DNA from: Eledone cirrhosa
Lineage: Eukaryota
Assembly (NCBI GenBank): GCA_964016885.1
Contig: OZ024740.1
Coordinates: 431,272,001 to 431,336,000, forward strand
Length of the DNA: 64,000 nt
Direction of reading: 5' to 3'
Shown here: positions 63,401 through 64,000 of the stretch, piece by piece
Numbering within the stretch: the first letter of the stretch is position 1
Layout: each line of letters begins with the position of its first letter
Notes under the pieces: generated by a model
Told to the model about the DNA's origin: nothing
Databases searched by the model: none
Seen by the model: only the letters and a program-made list of their open reading frames with translations
Program-made: the position numbers and the translations under genes

Positions 63401-64000
63401 TATTCCCTTAACAGGAGTAAAGAGTCCTCTCTACCTTACATGTCTCCAATTGTCAATCTTTAGAGAGGTTGTTATTCCCTTAACAGGAGTAAAGAGTCCT
63501 CTCTACTTTACATGTCTCCAATTGTCAATCTTTAGAGAGGTTGTTATTCCCTTAACAGGAGTAAAGAGTCCTCTCTACCTTACATGTCTCCAATTGTCAA
63601 TATTTACAGAGAGGTTGTTATTCCCTTAACAGGAGTAAAGAGTGCTCTCTACCTTACATGTCTCCAATTGTCAATCTTTAGAGAGGTTGTTATTCGCTTA
63701 ACAGGAGTAAAGAGTCCTCTCTACCTTACATGTCTCCAATTGTCAATCTTTAGAGAGGTTGTTATTCACTTAACAGGAGTAAAGAGTCCTCTCTACCTTA
63801 CATGTCTCCAATTGTCAATCTTTAGAGAGGTTGTTATTCCCTTAACAGGAGTAAAGAGTCCTCTCTACTTTACATGTCTCCAATTGTCAATCTTTAGAGA
63901 GGTTGTTATTCTCTTAACGGGAGTAAAGAGTCCTCTCTACCTTACATGTCTCCAATTGTCAATCTTTAGAGAGGTTGTTATTCCCTTAACAGGAGTAAAG
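60424..64000 (+). repeat. Copy of ~48950-52526 (offset 11474), truncated by the window end
   Basis: Landmarks 49309/60783, 49587/61061, 50455/61929, 51473/62947 and 51904/63378. Shared rare variants ACACGCGTA, GAGAGATT, TGTCATTCC and TTCGCTT. Confidence 0.9.

Larger units (their letters stand above)
1..64000 (+). repeat. 72-bp tandem satellite array, ~885 head-to-tail monomers, running off both window ends
   Basis: The consensus GTTGTTATTCCCTTAACAGGAGTAAAGAGTCCTCTCTACCTTACATGTCTCCAATTGTCAATCTTTAGAGAG recurs continuously in one orientation. Length variants come from +AC (TTTACAGAG), +T (CTCCTAATT), -2 (GTAGAGTCC; CCTTATGTC) and -3 (TTTAGAGTTG). Copy number is estimated as 64000/~72.2. Strand indicates the orientation of the consensus only. 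Confidence 0.99.

Noticed and set aside
405-63629. The many + strand ORFs of the repeat peptide SIFREVVIPLTGVKSPLYLTCLQL
   Set aside because: They arise because 72 is a multiple of 3 and one frame lacks stops. Starts and ends are set by random indels, there are no unique domains, and common variants are non-synonymous or nonsense in this frame. Its own LxxLxLS..IP likeness to plant extracellular LRRs lacks the conserved Asn/Cys and the following Leu.
1-64000. CRISPR array (72-bp period, GTTGT... start, ...ACAAC end on the minus strand, internal hairpin)
   Set aside because: There are no variable spacers: the entire 72 bp is conserved. No leader or cas genes are in the window.
1-64000. Consensus lacks CpG while about eight variant classes create one
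   Set aside because: Roughly 13% of possible substitutions (28 of 216) would create CpG, so this count among several dozen variant classes is near expectation.

Overview
The whole 64-kb window is one uninterrupted, head-to-tail tandem array of about 885 copies of a 72-bp monomer (~39% GC). The consensus is GTTGTTATTCCCTTAACAGGAGTAAAGAGTCCTCTCTACCTTACATGTCTCCAATTGTCAATCTTTAGAGAG, and most copies differ from it by only 0-3 substitutions or by 1-3 bp indels. I saw no unique sequence, RNA gene, transposon or true CRISPR array. The supplied ORFs are artefacts of one stop-free frame of the repeat. Diagnostic variants show layered higher-order structure: a recurring ~2.4-2.6 kb cassette, multi-kb near-identical duplications (offsets 5422, 8669, 8949/8877, 11049, 11474, 21898/22042 bp) and left- versus right-hand variant lineages. 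The most interesting observation is in a + strand frame the ORF track does not show. There each monomer reads RVLSTLHVSNCQSLERLLFP*QE*, a close match to one 24-residue cysteine-type leucine-rich repeat (LxxLxLxxCxxLxxL), and the commonest variants are silent or conservative in that frame. This suggests a satellite built from an LRR-coding module: an LRR-gene-derived satellite, or more speculatively a reservoir of LRR cassettes or sequence from an organism reading TAA/TAG as Gln. The source organism cannot be determined; an array of this size is most typical of a eukaryote.
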